NCBI GenBank assembly: GCA_964016885.1
Contig: OZ024740.1
Location: 4,836,001-4,900,000, forward strand
DNA length: 64,000 nt
Reading direction: 5' to 3'
Source of the DNA: Eledone cirrhosa
Taxonomy: Eukaryota
The first letter of the stretch is position 1; each line of letters opens with the position of its first letter. A program made the position numbers and the translations under genes. The notes below the pieces were generated by a model. The model had not been told where the DNA came from. It did no database searches and worked only from the letters and a program-made list of their open reading frames with translations. Positions 40,201-55,200 of this stretch are shown here, piece after piece.

Positions 40201-43200
40201 CTGCATAGCTGGGAGGTCAGTCACTCCAGGTAGAGTCACTACATAGCTGGGGGGTCAGTCACTCCAGGTAGAACCACTACATTGCTGGGAGGTCAGTCAA
40301 TCCAGGTAGAGTCACTACATAGCTGGGAGGTCAGTCACTCCAGGTAGAACACTACATAGCTGGGAGGTCAGTCACTCCAGGTAGAGTCACTACATAGCTG
40401 GGAGGTCAGTCACAACATAGCTGGGATGTCAGTCTCTCCAGGAAGAGTCACTACATAGCTAGGAGTTCAGTCACTACATAGCTGGGAGGTCAGTCACTCC
40501 AGGTAGAGCCACTACATAGCTGGGAGGTCAGTCACTCCAGGTAGATCCACTACATAGCTGGGAGTTCAGTCACTCCAGGTAGATTCACTGCATAGCTGGG
40601 AGGTCAGTCCCTCCAGGTAGAGCCACTGCATAGATGGGAGGTCAGTCACTCCAGGTAGACTCACTGCATAGCTGGTAGGTGAGTTACTCCAGGTAGTGTC
40701 ACTACATAGCTGGGGGGTCAGTCACTCCAGGTAGAGCCACTACATAGCTGGGAGGTCAGTCATTCCAGGTAGAGCCACTACATAGCTGGGAGGTCAGTCA
40801 CTCCAGGTAGTGTCACTACATAGCTGGGGGGTCAGTCACTCCAGGTAGAATCACTACATAGCTGGGAGGTCAGTCACTACATAGATGGGAGGTCAGTCAC
40901 TCTAGGTAGAGCCACTACATATCTGGGGGGTCAGTCACTCCAGGTAGAGTCACTACATAGCTTGGGGTCAGTCACTCCAGCTAGAACCACTACATAGCTG
41001 GGAGGTCAGTCACTCCAGGTAGATTCACTACATAGCTGGGGGGTCAGTCACTCCAGGTAGAGTCACTACATAACTGGGAGGTCAGTCACTCCAGGTAGAG
41101 CCACTGAATAGCTGGGAGGTCAGTCACTCCAGGTAGAGCCACTGAATAGCTGGGAGGTCAGTCACTCCAGGTAGAGCCACTGAATAGCTGGGAGGTCAGT
41201 CTCTCCAGGTAGAGTCACTACATAGCTGGGAGGTCAGTCACTACATAGATGGGAGGTCAGTCACTCTAGGTAGAGCCACTGCATAGCTGGGAGGTCAGTC
41301 ACTCCATGTAGAGCCATTACATAGCTGGGAGGTCAGTCACTCAAGGTAGAGCCACTACATAGCTGGGAGGTCAGTCCTTCCAGGTAGAGTCACTACATAG
41401 CTGGGAGATCAGTCACTCCAGGTAGAGTCACTAAATAGCTGGGAGGTCAGTCACTCCAGGTAGAGTCACTACATAGCTGGGAGGTCAGTCCTTCCAGGTA
41501 GAGTCACTACATAGCTGGGAGGTCAGTCACTCCAGGTAGAGCCACTACATAGCTGGGAGGTCAGTCACTCCAGGTAGAATCACTACATAGCTGGGAGGTC
41601 AGTCACTCCAGGTAGAGTCACTAAATAGCTGGGAGGTCAGTCCTTCCAGGTAGAGTCACTACATAGCTGGGAGGTCAGTCACTCCAGGTAGAGCCACTGC
41701 ATAGCTGGGAGGTCAGTCCTTCCAGGTAGAGTCACTACATAGCTGGGAGGTCAGTCACTCCAGGTAGAGCCAATGCATAGATGGGAGGTCAGTCCTTCCA
41801 GGTAGAGTCACTACATAGCTGGGAGGTCAGTCCTTCCAGGTAGAGTCACTACATAGCTGGGAGGTCAGTCACTCCAGGTAGAGCCAATGCATAGATGGGA
41901 GGTCAGTCACTCCAGGTAGAGTCACTGCATAGCTGGTAGGTGAGTTACTCCATGTAGTGCCACTACATAGTTGGGAGGTCAGTCACTCCAGGTAGAGCCA
42001 CTACATAGCTGGGAGGTCAGTCCCTCCATGTAGAGCCACTGCATAGATGGGGGGTCAGTCACTCCAGGTAGAGTCACTGCATAGCTGGGTGGTCAGTCAC
42101 TCCAGGTAGAGTCACTGCATAGCTGGGGGGTCAGTCACTCCAGGTAGAGTCACTACATAGCTGGGAGGTCAGAGAGTCACTCCAGGTAGAACCACTACAT
42201 AGCTGGGAGGTCAGTCACTCCAGGTAGAGTCACTACATAGCTGGGGGGTCAGTCACTCCAGGTAGAATCACTACATAACTGAGAGGTCAGTCACTCCAGG
42301 TAGAGCCACTGAATAGCTGGGAGGTCAGTCACTTCAGGTAGAGCCACTGCATAGCTGGGAAGTCAGTCACTCCAGGTAGAGTCACTACATAACTGGGAAG
42401 TCAGTCACTACATAGATGGGAGGTCAGTCACTCTAGGTAGAGCCACTATATAGCTGGGGGGTCAGTCACACCAGGTAGAACCACTACAGAGCTGGGAGGT
42501 CAGTCACACCAGGTAGAATCACTACATAGCTGGGAGGTCAGTCACTCCAGGTGGAGCTGCCTCATAGCTGAGAGGTCAGTCATTCCAGGTAGAGCCACTA
42601 CATAGCTGGGAGGTCAGAGAGTCACTCCAGGTAGAGCCACTGCAAAGCTGTGAGGTCAGTCACTCCAGGTAGAGCCACTACATAGCTGGGAAGTCAGTCA
42701 TTCCAGGTAGAGTCACTACATAGCTGGGAGGTCAATCACTCCAGGTAGAGCCACTACATAGATGGGAGGTCAGTGACTCCAGGTAGAGTCACTAAATAGC
42801 TGGGAGGTCAGTCACTCCATGTAGGGCCACTACATAGCTGGGAGGTCAGTCACTCCAGGTAGAGCCACTACATAGCTGGGAGGTCAGTCATTCCAGGTAG
42901 AGTCACTACATAGCTGGGAGGTCAGTCACTCCAGGTAGAGCCACTACATAGATGGGAGGTCAGTGACTCCAGGTAGAGTCACTAAATAGCTGGGAGGTCA
43001 GTCACTCCATGTAGGGCCACTACATAGCTGGGAGGTCAGTCACTCCAGGTAGAGCCACTACATAGCTGGGAGGTCAGTCACTCCAGGTAGAGCCACTACA
43101 TAGCTGGGAGGTCAGTCACTCCAGGTAGAGTCACTATATAGCTGGGAGGTCAGTTACTCCATGTAGTGCCACTACATAGTTGGGAGGTCAGTCACTCCAG

Positions 43201-46200
43201 GTAGAGCCAATGCATAGATGGGAGGTCAGTCACTCCAGGTAGAGCCACTACATAGCTGGGAGGTCAGTCACCCCAGGTAGAGTCACTACATAACTGGGAG
43301 GTCAGTCACTCCAGGTAGAGCCACTGAATAGCTGGGAGGTCAGTCACTTCAGGTAGAACCACTGCATAGCTGGGAGGTCAGTCACCCCAGGTAGAGTCAC
43401 TACATAACTGGGAGGTCAGTCACTCCAGGTAGAGCCACTGAATAGCTGGGAGGTCAGTCACTCCAGGTAGAGCCACTACATAGCTGGGAAGTCAGTCACT
43501 CCAGGTAGAGTCACTACATAGGTGGGAGGTCAGTCACTCCAGGTAAAGTCACTACATAGCTGGGAGGTCAGAGAGTCACGCCATGTAGTGCCACTACATA
43601 GCAGGAAGGTCAGTCACTCCAGGTAGAGTCACTACTTAGCTGGAGGTCAGTCACTCCAGGTAGAGTCATAACATAACTGGGAGGTCAGTCACTCCAGGTA
43701 GAGCCACTACTTAGCTGGAGGTCAGTCACTCCAGGTGGAGTCACTACATAACTGGGAGAACAGTCACTCCAGGTAGAGTCACTACATAGCTGGGAGGTCA
43801 GTCACTCCAGGTAGAACCACTACATAACTGGGAGGTCAGTCACTCCAGGTAGAGCCACTACATAGCTGGGGGGTCAGTCACTCCAGGTAGAGTCACTACA
43901 TAGCTGGGAGGTCACTCACTCCAGGTAGAGTCACTACATAGGTGGGAGGTCAGAGAGTCACTTAAGTTAGAACCACTACATAGCTGGGAGGTCAGTCACT
44001 CCAGGTAGAATCACTACATAACTGGGAGGTCAGTCACTCCAGGTAGAGCCACTACATAGCTGGGAGTTCAGTCACTCCAGGTAGATTCACTGCATAGCTG
44101 GGAGGTCAGTCCCTCCAGGTAGAGCCACTGCATAGATGGGAGGTCAGTCACTCCAGGTAGAGTCACTGCATAGCTGGGAGGTCAGTCACTCCAGGTAGAG
44201 TCACTGCATAGGTGGGGGGTCAGTCACTCCAGGTAAAGTCACTACATAGCTGGGAGGTCAGTCACTCCAGGTAGAGTCACTACATAGCTAGGAGGTCAGA
44301 GAGTCTCCCCATTTAGTGCCACTATATAGCTGGGAGGTCAGTCACTCCAGGTAGAGTCACTACATAGCTGGGAGGTCAGTCACTCCATGTAGAGTCACTA
44401 CATAGCTGGGAGGTCAGAGAGTCTCCCCATTCAGTGCAACTACATAGCTGGGAGGTCAGGCACTCCATGTAGAGCCACTACATAGCTGGGAGATCAGTCA
44501 CTCCAGGTAGAGTCACTGCATAGCTGGGGGGTCAGTCACTCCAGGTAAAGTCACTACATAGCTGGGAGGTCAGTCACTCCAGGTAGAGTCACTACATAGC
44601 TGGAAGGTCAGTCACTCCGGGTAGAGTCGCTACATAGCTGGGGGGTCAGTCATTCCAAGTAGAATCACTACAGAGCTGGGAGGTCAGTCACTCCAGGTAG
44701 AGTCACTACATAGCTGGGTGGTCAGTCATTCCAGGTAGAATCACTACAGAGCTGGGAGGTCAGTCACTCCAGGTAGAGCCACTACATTGCTGGGAGGTCA
44801 GTCACTCCAGGTAGAATCACTACAGAGCTGGGAGGTCAGTCACTCCAGGTAGAGTCACTACATAGCTGGGAGGTCAGTCACTCCAGGTAGAGCCACTGCA
44901 TAGCCTGGAGGTCAGTCACTCCAGGTAGAGCCACTGCATAGCTGGGAGGTCAATCATTCCAGGTAGAGCCACTACATAGCTGGGAGGTCAGTCACTCGAG
45001 GTAGAGTCACTACATAGCTGGGAGGTCAGAGAATCACTCCAGGTAGAGCCACTGCATAGCTGGGAGGTCAGTCACTCCAGGTAGACCCACTACGATAGCT
45101 GGGAGGTCAGTCACTCCAGGTAGAGTCACTGCATAGCTGGGAGGTCAGTCAATCCAAGTAGAGTCCTTACATAGCTGGGAGGTCAGTCACTCCAGGTATA
45201 GTCACTGCATAGCTGGGAGGTCAGCCACTCCAGGTAGAGCCACTACAGAGCTGGGAGTTCAGTCACTCCAGGTATAGTCACTGCATAGCTGGGAGGTCAG
45301 CCACTCCAGGTAGAGTCACTACATAGATGGGAGGTCAGTCACTCCAGGTAGAGTCACTACATAGATGGGAGGTCAGTCACTCCAGGTAGAGTCACTACAT
45401 AGATGGGAGGTCAGTCATTTCAGGTAGAGCCACTACAGAGCTGGGAGTTCAGTCACTCCAGGTAGAGTCACTACATAGCTGGGAGGTCAGTCACTCCAGG
45501 TAGAGCCACTGCATAGCTGGGAGGTCAGTCACTCCAGGTAGAGCCACTGCATAGCTGGGAGGTCAGTCACTCCAGGTAGAGTCACTACATAGCTGGGAGG
45601 TCAGTCACTCCAGGTAGAGTCACTACATAGCTGGGAGGTCAGTCACTCCACGTAGAGTCACTACATAGCTGGGGGGTCAGTCACTCCAGGTAGAGCCACT
45701 ACATAGCTGGGAGGTCAGTCAGTCCAGGTAGAGTCACTACAGAGCTGGGAGGTCAGTCACTCCAGCTAGAGTCACTACATAGCTGGGAGGTCAGAGAGTC
45801 ACTCCAGGTATTGCCACTACATAGCTGCGAGATCCGTCACTCCTGGTAGAGTCACTACATAGCTGGGAGGTCAGTCACTCCAGGTAGACTCACTGCATAG
45901 CTGGCAGGTCAGTCACTCCAGGTAGAGTCACTACATAGCTGTAAGGTCAGAGAGTCACTCCAGATAGAACCACTACATACCTGGGAGGTCAGTCACTCCA
46001 GGTAGAGTCACTACATAGCTGTGAGGTCAGTCACTACATAGCTGGGAGGTCAGTCACTCCAGGTAGATCCACTACATAGATGGGAGGTCAGTCACTCCAG
46101 GTAGATTCACTACATAGCAGGGGGGTCAGTCACTCCAGGTAGAGCCACTACATTGCTGGGAGGTCAGTCACTCCAGGTAGACTCACTACAGAGCTGGAAG

Positions 46201-49200
46201 GTCAGTCACTCCAGGTAGAGTCACTACATAGCTGGGAGGTCAGTCACTCCAGGTAGAGCCACTGCATATCTGGGAGGTCAGTCACTCCAGGTACAGCCAC
46301 TGCATAGCTGGGAGGTCAGAGAGTCACTCCAGATAGAGCCACTGCATAGCTGGGAGGTCAGTGACTCCAGGTAGAATCACTACATAGCTGGGAGGTCAGT
46401 CACTCCAGGTAGAGCCACTACATAGCTGGGAGGTCAGGCACTCCATGTAGAGCCACTACATAGCTGGGAGGTCAGTCACTACATGTAGAGCCACTACATA
46501 GCTGGGAGGTCAGTCACTCCAGGTAGAGTCACTACATAGCTGGGAGGTCAGAGAGTCACTTCGGGTAGAGCCACTACATAGCTGGGAGGTCAGTCACTCC
46601 AGGTAGAGTCACTACATAGCTGGGAGGTCAGAGAGTCACTTCAGGTAGAGCCACTACATAGCTGGGATGTCAGTCACTCCAGGTAGAGTCACTACATAGC
46701 TGGGGGGTCAGTCACTCCAAGTAGAGTCACTACATAGCTGGGAGGTCAGTCACTCCAGGTAGAGTCACTACATAGCTGAGAGGTCAGAGAGTCACTACAG
46801 GTAATGCCACTACATAGCTGCGAGGTCATTCACTCCAGGTAGAGTCACTGCATAGCTGGGAGGTCAGTCACTCCAGGTAGGATCACTACATAGCTGAGAG
46901 GTCAGTCACTCCAGGTAGAGTCACTACATAGCTGGGAGGTCAGTCACTCCAGGTGGAGCCACTACATAGCTGGGAGGTCAGTCACTCCAGGTAGAGCCAC
47001 TGCATAGCTGGGAGGTCAGTCACTCCAGGTAGAGCCACTGCATAGCTGGGAGGTCAGTCACTCCAGGTAGAGTCACTGCATAGCTGGGAGGTCAGTCACT
47101 CCAGGTAGAGTCACTACATAGCTGTGAGGTCAGTCACTCCAGGTAGTGCCACTATATAGCTGGGAGGTCAGTCACTCCAGGTAGAGTCACTACATAGCTG
47201 GGAGGTCAGTCACTCCAGGTAGAGTCACTACGTAGCTGGGGGGTCAGTCACTCCAGGTAGAGCCACTGCATTGCTGGGAGGTCAGTCACTCCAGGCTGAA
47301 TCACTACAGAGCTGGGAGGTCAGTCACTGCAGGTAGAGCCACTACAGAGCTGGGAGGTCAGTCACTCCAGGTAGAGTCACTGCATATCTGGGAGGTCAGT
47401 CACTCCAGGTAGAGCCACTACATAGCTGGGAGTTCAGTCATTGCAGGTAGAGCCACTGCATAGCTGGGAGGTGAGTCACTCCAGGTAGAGCCACTGCATA
47501 GCTGGGAGTCAGAGAGTCACTTAAGATAGAACCACTACATAGCTAGGAGGTCAGTTACTACATGTAGTGCCACTACATAGCTGGGAGGTCAGTCACTCCA
47601 GGTAGAGTCACTACATAGCTGGGACGTCAGTCACTCCAGGTAGAGTCACTACATAGCTGGGACGTCAGTCACTCCAGGTAGAGTCACTACATAGCTGGGA
47701 GGTCAGTCACTCCAGGTATAGTCACTTCATAGCTGGGAGGTCAGCCACTCCAGGTAGAGTCAATACATAGCTGGGAGGTCAGTCACTCCAGGTAGAGCCA
47801 CTACATAGCTGGGAGGTCAGTCACTCCATGTAGAGCCACTACATAGCTGGGAGGTCTGTCACTCCATGTAGAGCCACTACATAGCAGTGAGGTCAGTCAC
47901 TCCAGGTAGAGTCACTACATAGCTGGGAGGTCAGAGAGTCACTTCAGGTAGAGCCACTACATAGCTGGGAGGTCAGTCACTCCAGGTAGAGTCACTACAT
48001 AGCTGGGAGGTCAGAGAGTCACTTCAGGTAGAGCCACTACATAGCTGGGAGGTCAGTCACTCCAGGTAGAGTCACTACATAGCTGGGGGGTCAGTCACTC
48101 CAAGTAGAGTCACTACATAGCTGGGAGGTCAGTCACTCCAGGTAGAGTCACTACATAGCTGAGAGGTCAGAGAGTCACTACAGGTAATGCCACTACATAG
48201 CTGCGAGGTCATTCACTCCAGGTAGAGCCACAGCATAGCTCGGAGGTCAGTCACTCCAGGTAGAGCCACTACATAGCTGGGAGGTCAGTCACTCCAGATA
48301 GAGTCACTATATAGCTGCGAGGTCAGTCACTCCTGGTAGAGTCACTACATAGCTGGGAGGTCAGTCACTCCAGGTAGAGCCACTGCATAGCTGGGAGGTC
48401 AGTCACTCCAGGTAGAGTCACTGCATAGCTGGGAGGTCAGTCACTCCAGGTAGAGTCACTACATAACTGGGAGGTCAGTCACTCCAGGTAGAGTCACTAC
48501 GTAGCTGGGAGGTCAGTCACTCCAGGTAGAGTCACTACATAGCTGGGAGGTCAGTCTCTCCAGGTAGAGTCACTACATAGCTGGGAGGTCAGTCACTCCT
48601 GGTAGAGTCACTACATAGCTGGGAGGTCAGTCACTCCAGGTAGAGCCACTACAGAGCTGGGAGGTCAGTCACTCCAGGTAGAGCCACTGCATAGCTGGGA
48701 GGTCAGTCACTCCATGTAGAGCCACTACATAGCTGGGAGGTCAGTCACTCCAGGTAGAGTCACTACATAGCTGGGGGGTCAGTCACTACAGGCTGAATCA
48801 CTACAGAGCTGGGAGGTCAGTCACTCCAGGTAGAGTCACTACATAGCTGGGAGGTCAGTCTCTCCAGGTAGAGTCACTACATAGCTGGGAGGTCAGTCAC
48901 TCCAGGTAGAGCCACTGCATAGCTTGGAGGTTAGTCACTCCAGGTAGAGCCACTGCATAGCTGGGAGGTCAGAGAGTCACTCCAGGTAGAGCCACTGCAT
49001 AGCTGGGAGGTCAGTCACTCCAGTTAGACGCACTATGATAGCTGGGAGGTCAGTCTCTCCAGGAAGAGTCACTACATAGCTAGGAGGTCAGTCACTACAT
49101 AGCTGGGAGTTCAGTCATTCCAGGTAGAGCCACTACATAGCTGGGAGGTCAGAGAGTCACTCCAGGTAGAGCCACTGCATAGCTGGGAGGTCAGTCACTC

Positions 49201-52200
49201 CAGTTAGACGCACTATGATAGCTGGGAGGTCAGTCACTCCAGGTAGAATCACTGCATAGCTGGGAGGTCAGTCAATCCAGGTAGAATCACTACATAGCTT
49301 GGAGGTCAGTCACTCCAGATAGAGTCACTACATAGCTGGGGGGTCAGTCACTCGAGGTAGAGCCACATCATAGCTGGGAGGTCAGTCACTGCAGGTAGAT
49401 CCACTGCATAGCTGGGAGTCAGAGAGTCACTTAAGATAGAATCACTACATAGCTAGGAGGTCAGTTACTACATGTAGTGCCACTACATAGCTGGGAGGTC
49501 AGTCACGCCAGGTAGAGCCACTACGATAGCTGGGATGTCAGTCACTCCAGGTAGAGTCACTACATAGCTGGGAGGTCAGTCACTCCAGGTAGAGTCACTA
49601 CATAGCTGGAACGTCAGTCACTCCAGGTAGAGTCACTACATAGCTGGGAGGTCAGTCACTCCAGGTATAGTCACTTCATAGCTGGGAGGTCAGCCACTCC
49701 AGGTAGTGCCACTACAGAGCTGGGAGGTCAGTCACTCCAGGTAGAGTCACTACATAGCTGAGAGGTCAGTCACTCCAGGTAGAGTCACTACATAGCTGGG
49801 AGGTCAGTCACTCCAGGTAGAGTCACTACATAGCTGGGTGGTCAGTCACTCCAGGTAGAGCCACTACAGAGCTGGGAGGTCAGTCACTCCAGGTAGAGCC
49901 ACTACATAGCTGGGAGGTCAGTCACTACATAGCTGGGAGGTCAGTCACTCCAGGAAGAGCCACTACAGAGCTGGGAGGTCAGTCAGTCCATGTAGAGCCA
50001 CTACATAGCTGGGAGGTCAGTCACTCCAGGTAGAGCCACTACATAGCTGGGAGGTCAGTCACTCCACGTAGAGTCACTACATAGCTGGGGGTCAGTCACT
50101 CCAGGTAGAGTCACTACAGAGCTGGGAGGTCAGTCACTCCAGGTAGAGTCACTACATAGCTGGGAGGTCAGTCACTCCAGGTAGAGTCACTACATAGCTG
50201 GGAGGTCAGTCACTCCAGGTAGAGTCACTACATAGCTGGGAGGTCAGTCACTCCAGGTAGAGCCACTACATAGCTGGGAGGTCAGTCACTCCAGGTAGAG
50301 TCACTACATAGCTGGGAGGTCAGTCACTCCAGGTAGAGTCACTACATAGCTGGGAGGTCAGTCACTCCAGGTAGAGCCACTACATAGCTGGGAGGTCAGT
50401 CACTCCAGGTAGAGTCACTACAGAGCTGGGAGGTCAGTCACTCCAGGTAGAGTCACTACATAGCTGGGAGGTCAGTCACTCCAGGTAGAGCCACTACATA
50501 GCTGGGAGGTCAGTCACTCCAGGTAGAGTCACTACATAGCTGGGAGGTCAGTCACTCCAGGTAGAGCCACTACATAGCTGGGAGGTCAGTCACTCCAGGT
50601 AGAGTCACTACATAGCTGGGAGGTCAGTCACTCCAGGTAGAGCCACTACATAGCTGGGAGGTCAGTCACTCCAGGTAGAGCCACTGCATAGCCCGGACGT
50701 CAGTCACTCCAGGTAGAGTCACTGCATAGCTGGGAGGTCAGTCACTCCAGGTAGAGTCACTGCATATCTGGGAGGTCAGTCACTCCAGGTAGAGCCACTA
50801 CATAGCTGGGAGTTCAGTCATTGCAGGTAGAGCCACTGCATAGCTGGGAGGTGAGTCACTCCAGGTAGAGCCACTGCATAGCTGGGAGTCAGAGAGTCAC
50901 TTAAGATAGAACCACTACATAGCTAGGAGGTCAGTTACTACATGTAGTGCCACTACATAGCTGGGAGGTCAGTCACTCCAGGTAGAGTCACTACATAGCT
51001 GGGACGTCAGTCACTCCAGGTAGAGTCACTACATAGCTGGGACGTCAGTCACTCCAGGTAGAGTCACTACATAGCTGGGAGGTCAGTCACTCCAGGTATA
51101 GTCACTTCATAGCTGGGAGGTCAGCCACTCCAGGTAGAGTCAATACATAGCTGGGAGGTCAGTCACTCCAGGTAGAGCCACTACATAGCTGGGAGGTCAG
51201 TCACTCCATGTAGAGCCACTACATAGCTGGGAGGTCTGTCACTCCATGTAGAGCCACTACATAGCAGTGAGGTCAGTCACTCCAGGTAGAGTCACTACAT
51301 AGCTGGGAGGTCAGAGAGTCACTTCAGGTAGAGCCACTACATAGCTGGGAGGTCAGTCACTCCAGGTAGAGTCACTACATAGCTGGGAGGTCAGAGAGTC
51401 ACTTCAGGTAGAGCCACTACATAGCTGGGAGGTCAGTCACTCCAGGTAGAGTCACTACATAGCTGGGGGGTCAGTCACTCCAAGTAGAGTCACTACATAG
51501 CTGGGAGGTCAGTCACTCCAGGTAGAGTCACTACATAGCTGAGAGGTCAGAGAGTCACTACAGGTAATGCCACTACATAGCTGCGAGGTCATTCACTCCA
51601 GGTAGAGCCACAGCATAGCTCGGAGGTCAGTCACTCCAGGTAGAGCCACTACATAGCTGGGAGGTCAGTCACTCCAGATAGAGTCACTATATAGCTGCGA
51701 GGTCAGTCACTCCTGGTAGAGTCACTACATAGCTGGGAGGTCAGTCACTCCAGGTAGAGCCACTGCATAGCTGGGAGGTCAGTCACTCCAGGTAGAGTCA
51801 CTGCATAGCTGGGAGGTCAGTCACTCCAGGTAGAGTCACTACATAACTGGGAGGTCAGTCACTCCAGGTAGAGTCACTACGTAGCTGGGAGGTCAGTCAC
51901 TCCAGGTAGAGTCACTACATAGCTGGGAGGTCAGTCTCTCCAGGTAGAGTCACTACATAGCTGGGAGGTCAGTCACTCCTGGTAGAGTCACTACATAGCT
52001 GGGAGGTCAGTCACTCCAGGTAGAGCCACTACAGAGCTGGGAGGTCAGTCACTCCAGGTAGAGCCACTGCATAGCTGGGAGGTCAGTCACTCCATGTAGA
52101 GCCACTACATAGCTGGGAGGTCAGTCACTCCAGGTAGAGTCACTACATAGCTGGGGGGTCAGTCACTACAGGCTGAATCACTACAGAGCTGGGAGGTCAG

Positions 52201-55200
52201 TCACTCCAGGTAGAGTCACTACATAGCTGGGAGGTCAGTCTCTCCAGGTAGAGTCACTACATAGCTGGGAGGTCAGTCACTCCAGGTAGAGCCACTGCAT
52301 AGCTGGGAGGTTAGTCACTCCAGGTAGAGCCACTGCATAGCTGGGAGGTCAGAGAGTCACTCCAGGTAGAGCCACTGCATAGCTGGGAGGTCAGTCACTC
52401 CAGTTAGACGCACTATGATAGCTGGGAGGTCAGTCTCTCCAGGAAGAGTCACTACATAGCTAGGAGGTCAGTCACTACATAGCTGGGAGTTCAGTCATTC
52501 CAGGTAGAGCCACTACATAGCTGGGAGGTCAGAGAGTCACTCCAGGTAGAGCCACTGCATAGCTGGGAGGTCAGTCACTCCAGTTAGACGCACTATGATA
52601 GCTGGGAGGTCAGTCACTCCAGGTAGAATCACTGCATAGCTGGGAGGTCAGTCAATCCAGGTAGAATCACTACATAGCTTGGAGGTCAGTCACTCCAGAT
52701 AGAGTCACTACATAGCTGGGGGGTCAGTCACTCGAGGTAGAGCCACATCATAGCTGGGAGGTCAGTCACTGCAGGTAGATCCACTGCATAGCTGGGAGTC
52801 AGAGAGTCACTTAAGATAGAATCACTACATAGCTAGGAGGTCAGTTACTACATGTAGTGCCACTACATAGCTGGGAGGTCAGTCACGCCAGGTAGAGCCA
52901 CTACGATAGCTGGGATGTCAGTCACTCCAGGTAGAGTCACTACATAGCTGGGAGGTCAGTCACTCCAGGTAGAGTCACTACATAGCTGGGACGTCAGTCA
53001 CTCCAGGTAGAGTCACTACATAGCTGGGAGGTCAGTCACTCCAGGTATAGTCACTTCATAGCTGGGAGGTCAGCCACTCCAGGTAGTGCCACTACAGAGC
53101 TGGGAGGTCAGTCACTCCAGGTAGAGTCACTACATAGCTGAGAGGTCAGTCACTCCAGGTAGAGTCACTACATAGCTGGGAGGTCAGTCACTCCAGGTAG
53201 AGTCACTACATAGCTGGGTGGTCAGTCACTCCAGGTAGAGCCACTACAGAGCTGGGAGGTCAGTCACTCCAGGTAGAGCCACTACATAGCTGGGAGGTCA
53301 GTCACTACATAGCTGGGAGGTCAGTCACTCCAGGAAGAGCCACTACAGAGCTGGGAGGTCAGTCAGTCCATGTAGAGCCACTACATAGCTGGGAGGTCAG
53401 TCACTCCAGGTAGAGCCACTACATAGCTGGGAGGTCAGTCACTCCAGGTAGAGCCAATGCATAGATGGGAGGTCAGTCACTCCAGGTAGAGCCACTACAT
53501 AGCTGGGAGGTCAGTCACTCCAGGTAGAGTCATTACATAGCTGGGAGATCAGTCACTCCAGGTAGAGCCACTACATAGCTGGGAGGTCAGTCACTCCAGG
53601 TAGAGCCAATGCATAGATGGGAGGTCAGTCACTCCAGGTAGAGTCACTACATAGCTGGGAGGTCAGAGGGTCACTCCAGGTAGAGTCACTGCATAGCTGG
53701 GAGGTCAGAGGGTCACTCCAGGTAGAGTCACTGCATAGCTGGGAGGTCAGTCACTCCAGGTAGAGCCACTACATAACTGGGAGGTCAGTCATTCCAGGTA
53801 GAGTCACTACATAGCTGGGAGGTCAGAGGGTCACTCCAGGTAGAGTCACTGCATAGCTGGGAGGTCAGTCACTCCAGGTAGAGCCACTACATAGCTGGGA
53901 GGTCAGTCATTCCATGTAGAGTCACTACATAGCTGGGAGGTCAGTCACTCCAGGTAGAGTCACTACATAGCTGGGAGGTCAGAGGGATACTCCAGGTAGA
54001 GCCACTACATAGCTGGGAGGTCAGTCACTCCAGGTAGAGCCAATGCATAGATGGGAGGTCAGTCACTCCAGGTAGTGCCACTACAGAGCTGGGAGGTCAG
54101 TCACTCCAGGTAGAGTCACTACATAGCAGAGAGGTCAGTCACTCCAGGTAGAGTCACTACATAGCTGGGAGGTCAGTCACTCCAGGTAGAGTCACTACAT
54201 AGCTGGGTGGTCAGTCACTCCAGGTAGAGCCACTACAGAGCTGGGAGGTCAGTCACTCCAGGTAGAGCCACTACATAGCTGGGAGGTCAGTCACTACATA
54301 GCTGGGAGGTCAGTCACTCCAGGTAGAGCCACTACAGAGCTGGGAGGTCAGTCAGTCCAGGTAGAGCCACTACATAGCTGGGAGGTCAGTCACTCCAGGT
54401 AGAGCCACTACATAGCTGGGAGGTCAGTCACTCCAGGTAGAGCCACTACATAGCTGGGAGGTCAGTCACTCCAGGTAGAGTCACTACATAGCTGGGAGGT
54501 CAGTCACTCCAGGTAGAGTCACTACATAGCTGGGAGGTCAGTCACTCCAGGTAGATCCACTACATAGCTGCGAGGTCAGTCACTCCAGGTAGAGTCACTA
54601 CAGAGCTGGGAGGTCAGTCACTCCAGGTAGAGTCACTACATAGCTGGGAGGTCAGTCACTCCAGGTAGAGCCACTACATAGCTGGGAGGTCAGTCACTCC
54701 AGGTAGAGTCACTACATAGCTGGGAGGTCAGTCACTCCAGGTAGAGCCACTACATAGCTGGGAGGTCAGTCACTCCAGGTAGAGTCACTACATAGCTGGG
54801 AGGTCAGTCACTCCAGGTAGAGCCACTACATAGCTGGGAGATCAGTCACTCCAGGTAGAGCCACTGCATAGCCCGGACGTCAGTCACTCCAGGTAGAGTC
54901 ACTGCATAGCTGGGAGGTCAGTCACTCCAGGTAGATTCACTACATAGCTGTGAGGTCAGTCACTCCAGGTAGAGCCACTGCATAGCTGTGAGGTCAGAGA
55001 GTCACTCCAGGTAGAACCACTACATATCTAGGAGGTCAGTCACTCCAGGTAGATTCACTACATAGCTGGGAGGTCAGTCACTCCAGGTAGAGCCACTACA
55101 TAGCTGGGAGGTCAGTCACTCCAGGTAGAGTCACTACATAGCTGGGGGTCAGTCACTCCAGGTGGAGCCACTACATTGCTCGGAGGTCAGTCACTCCAGG

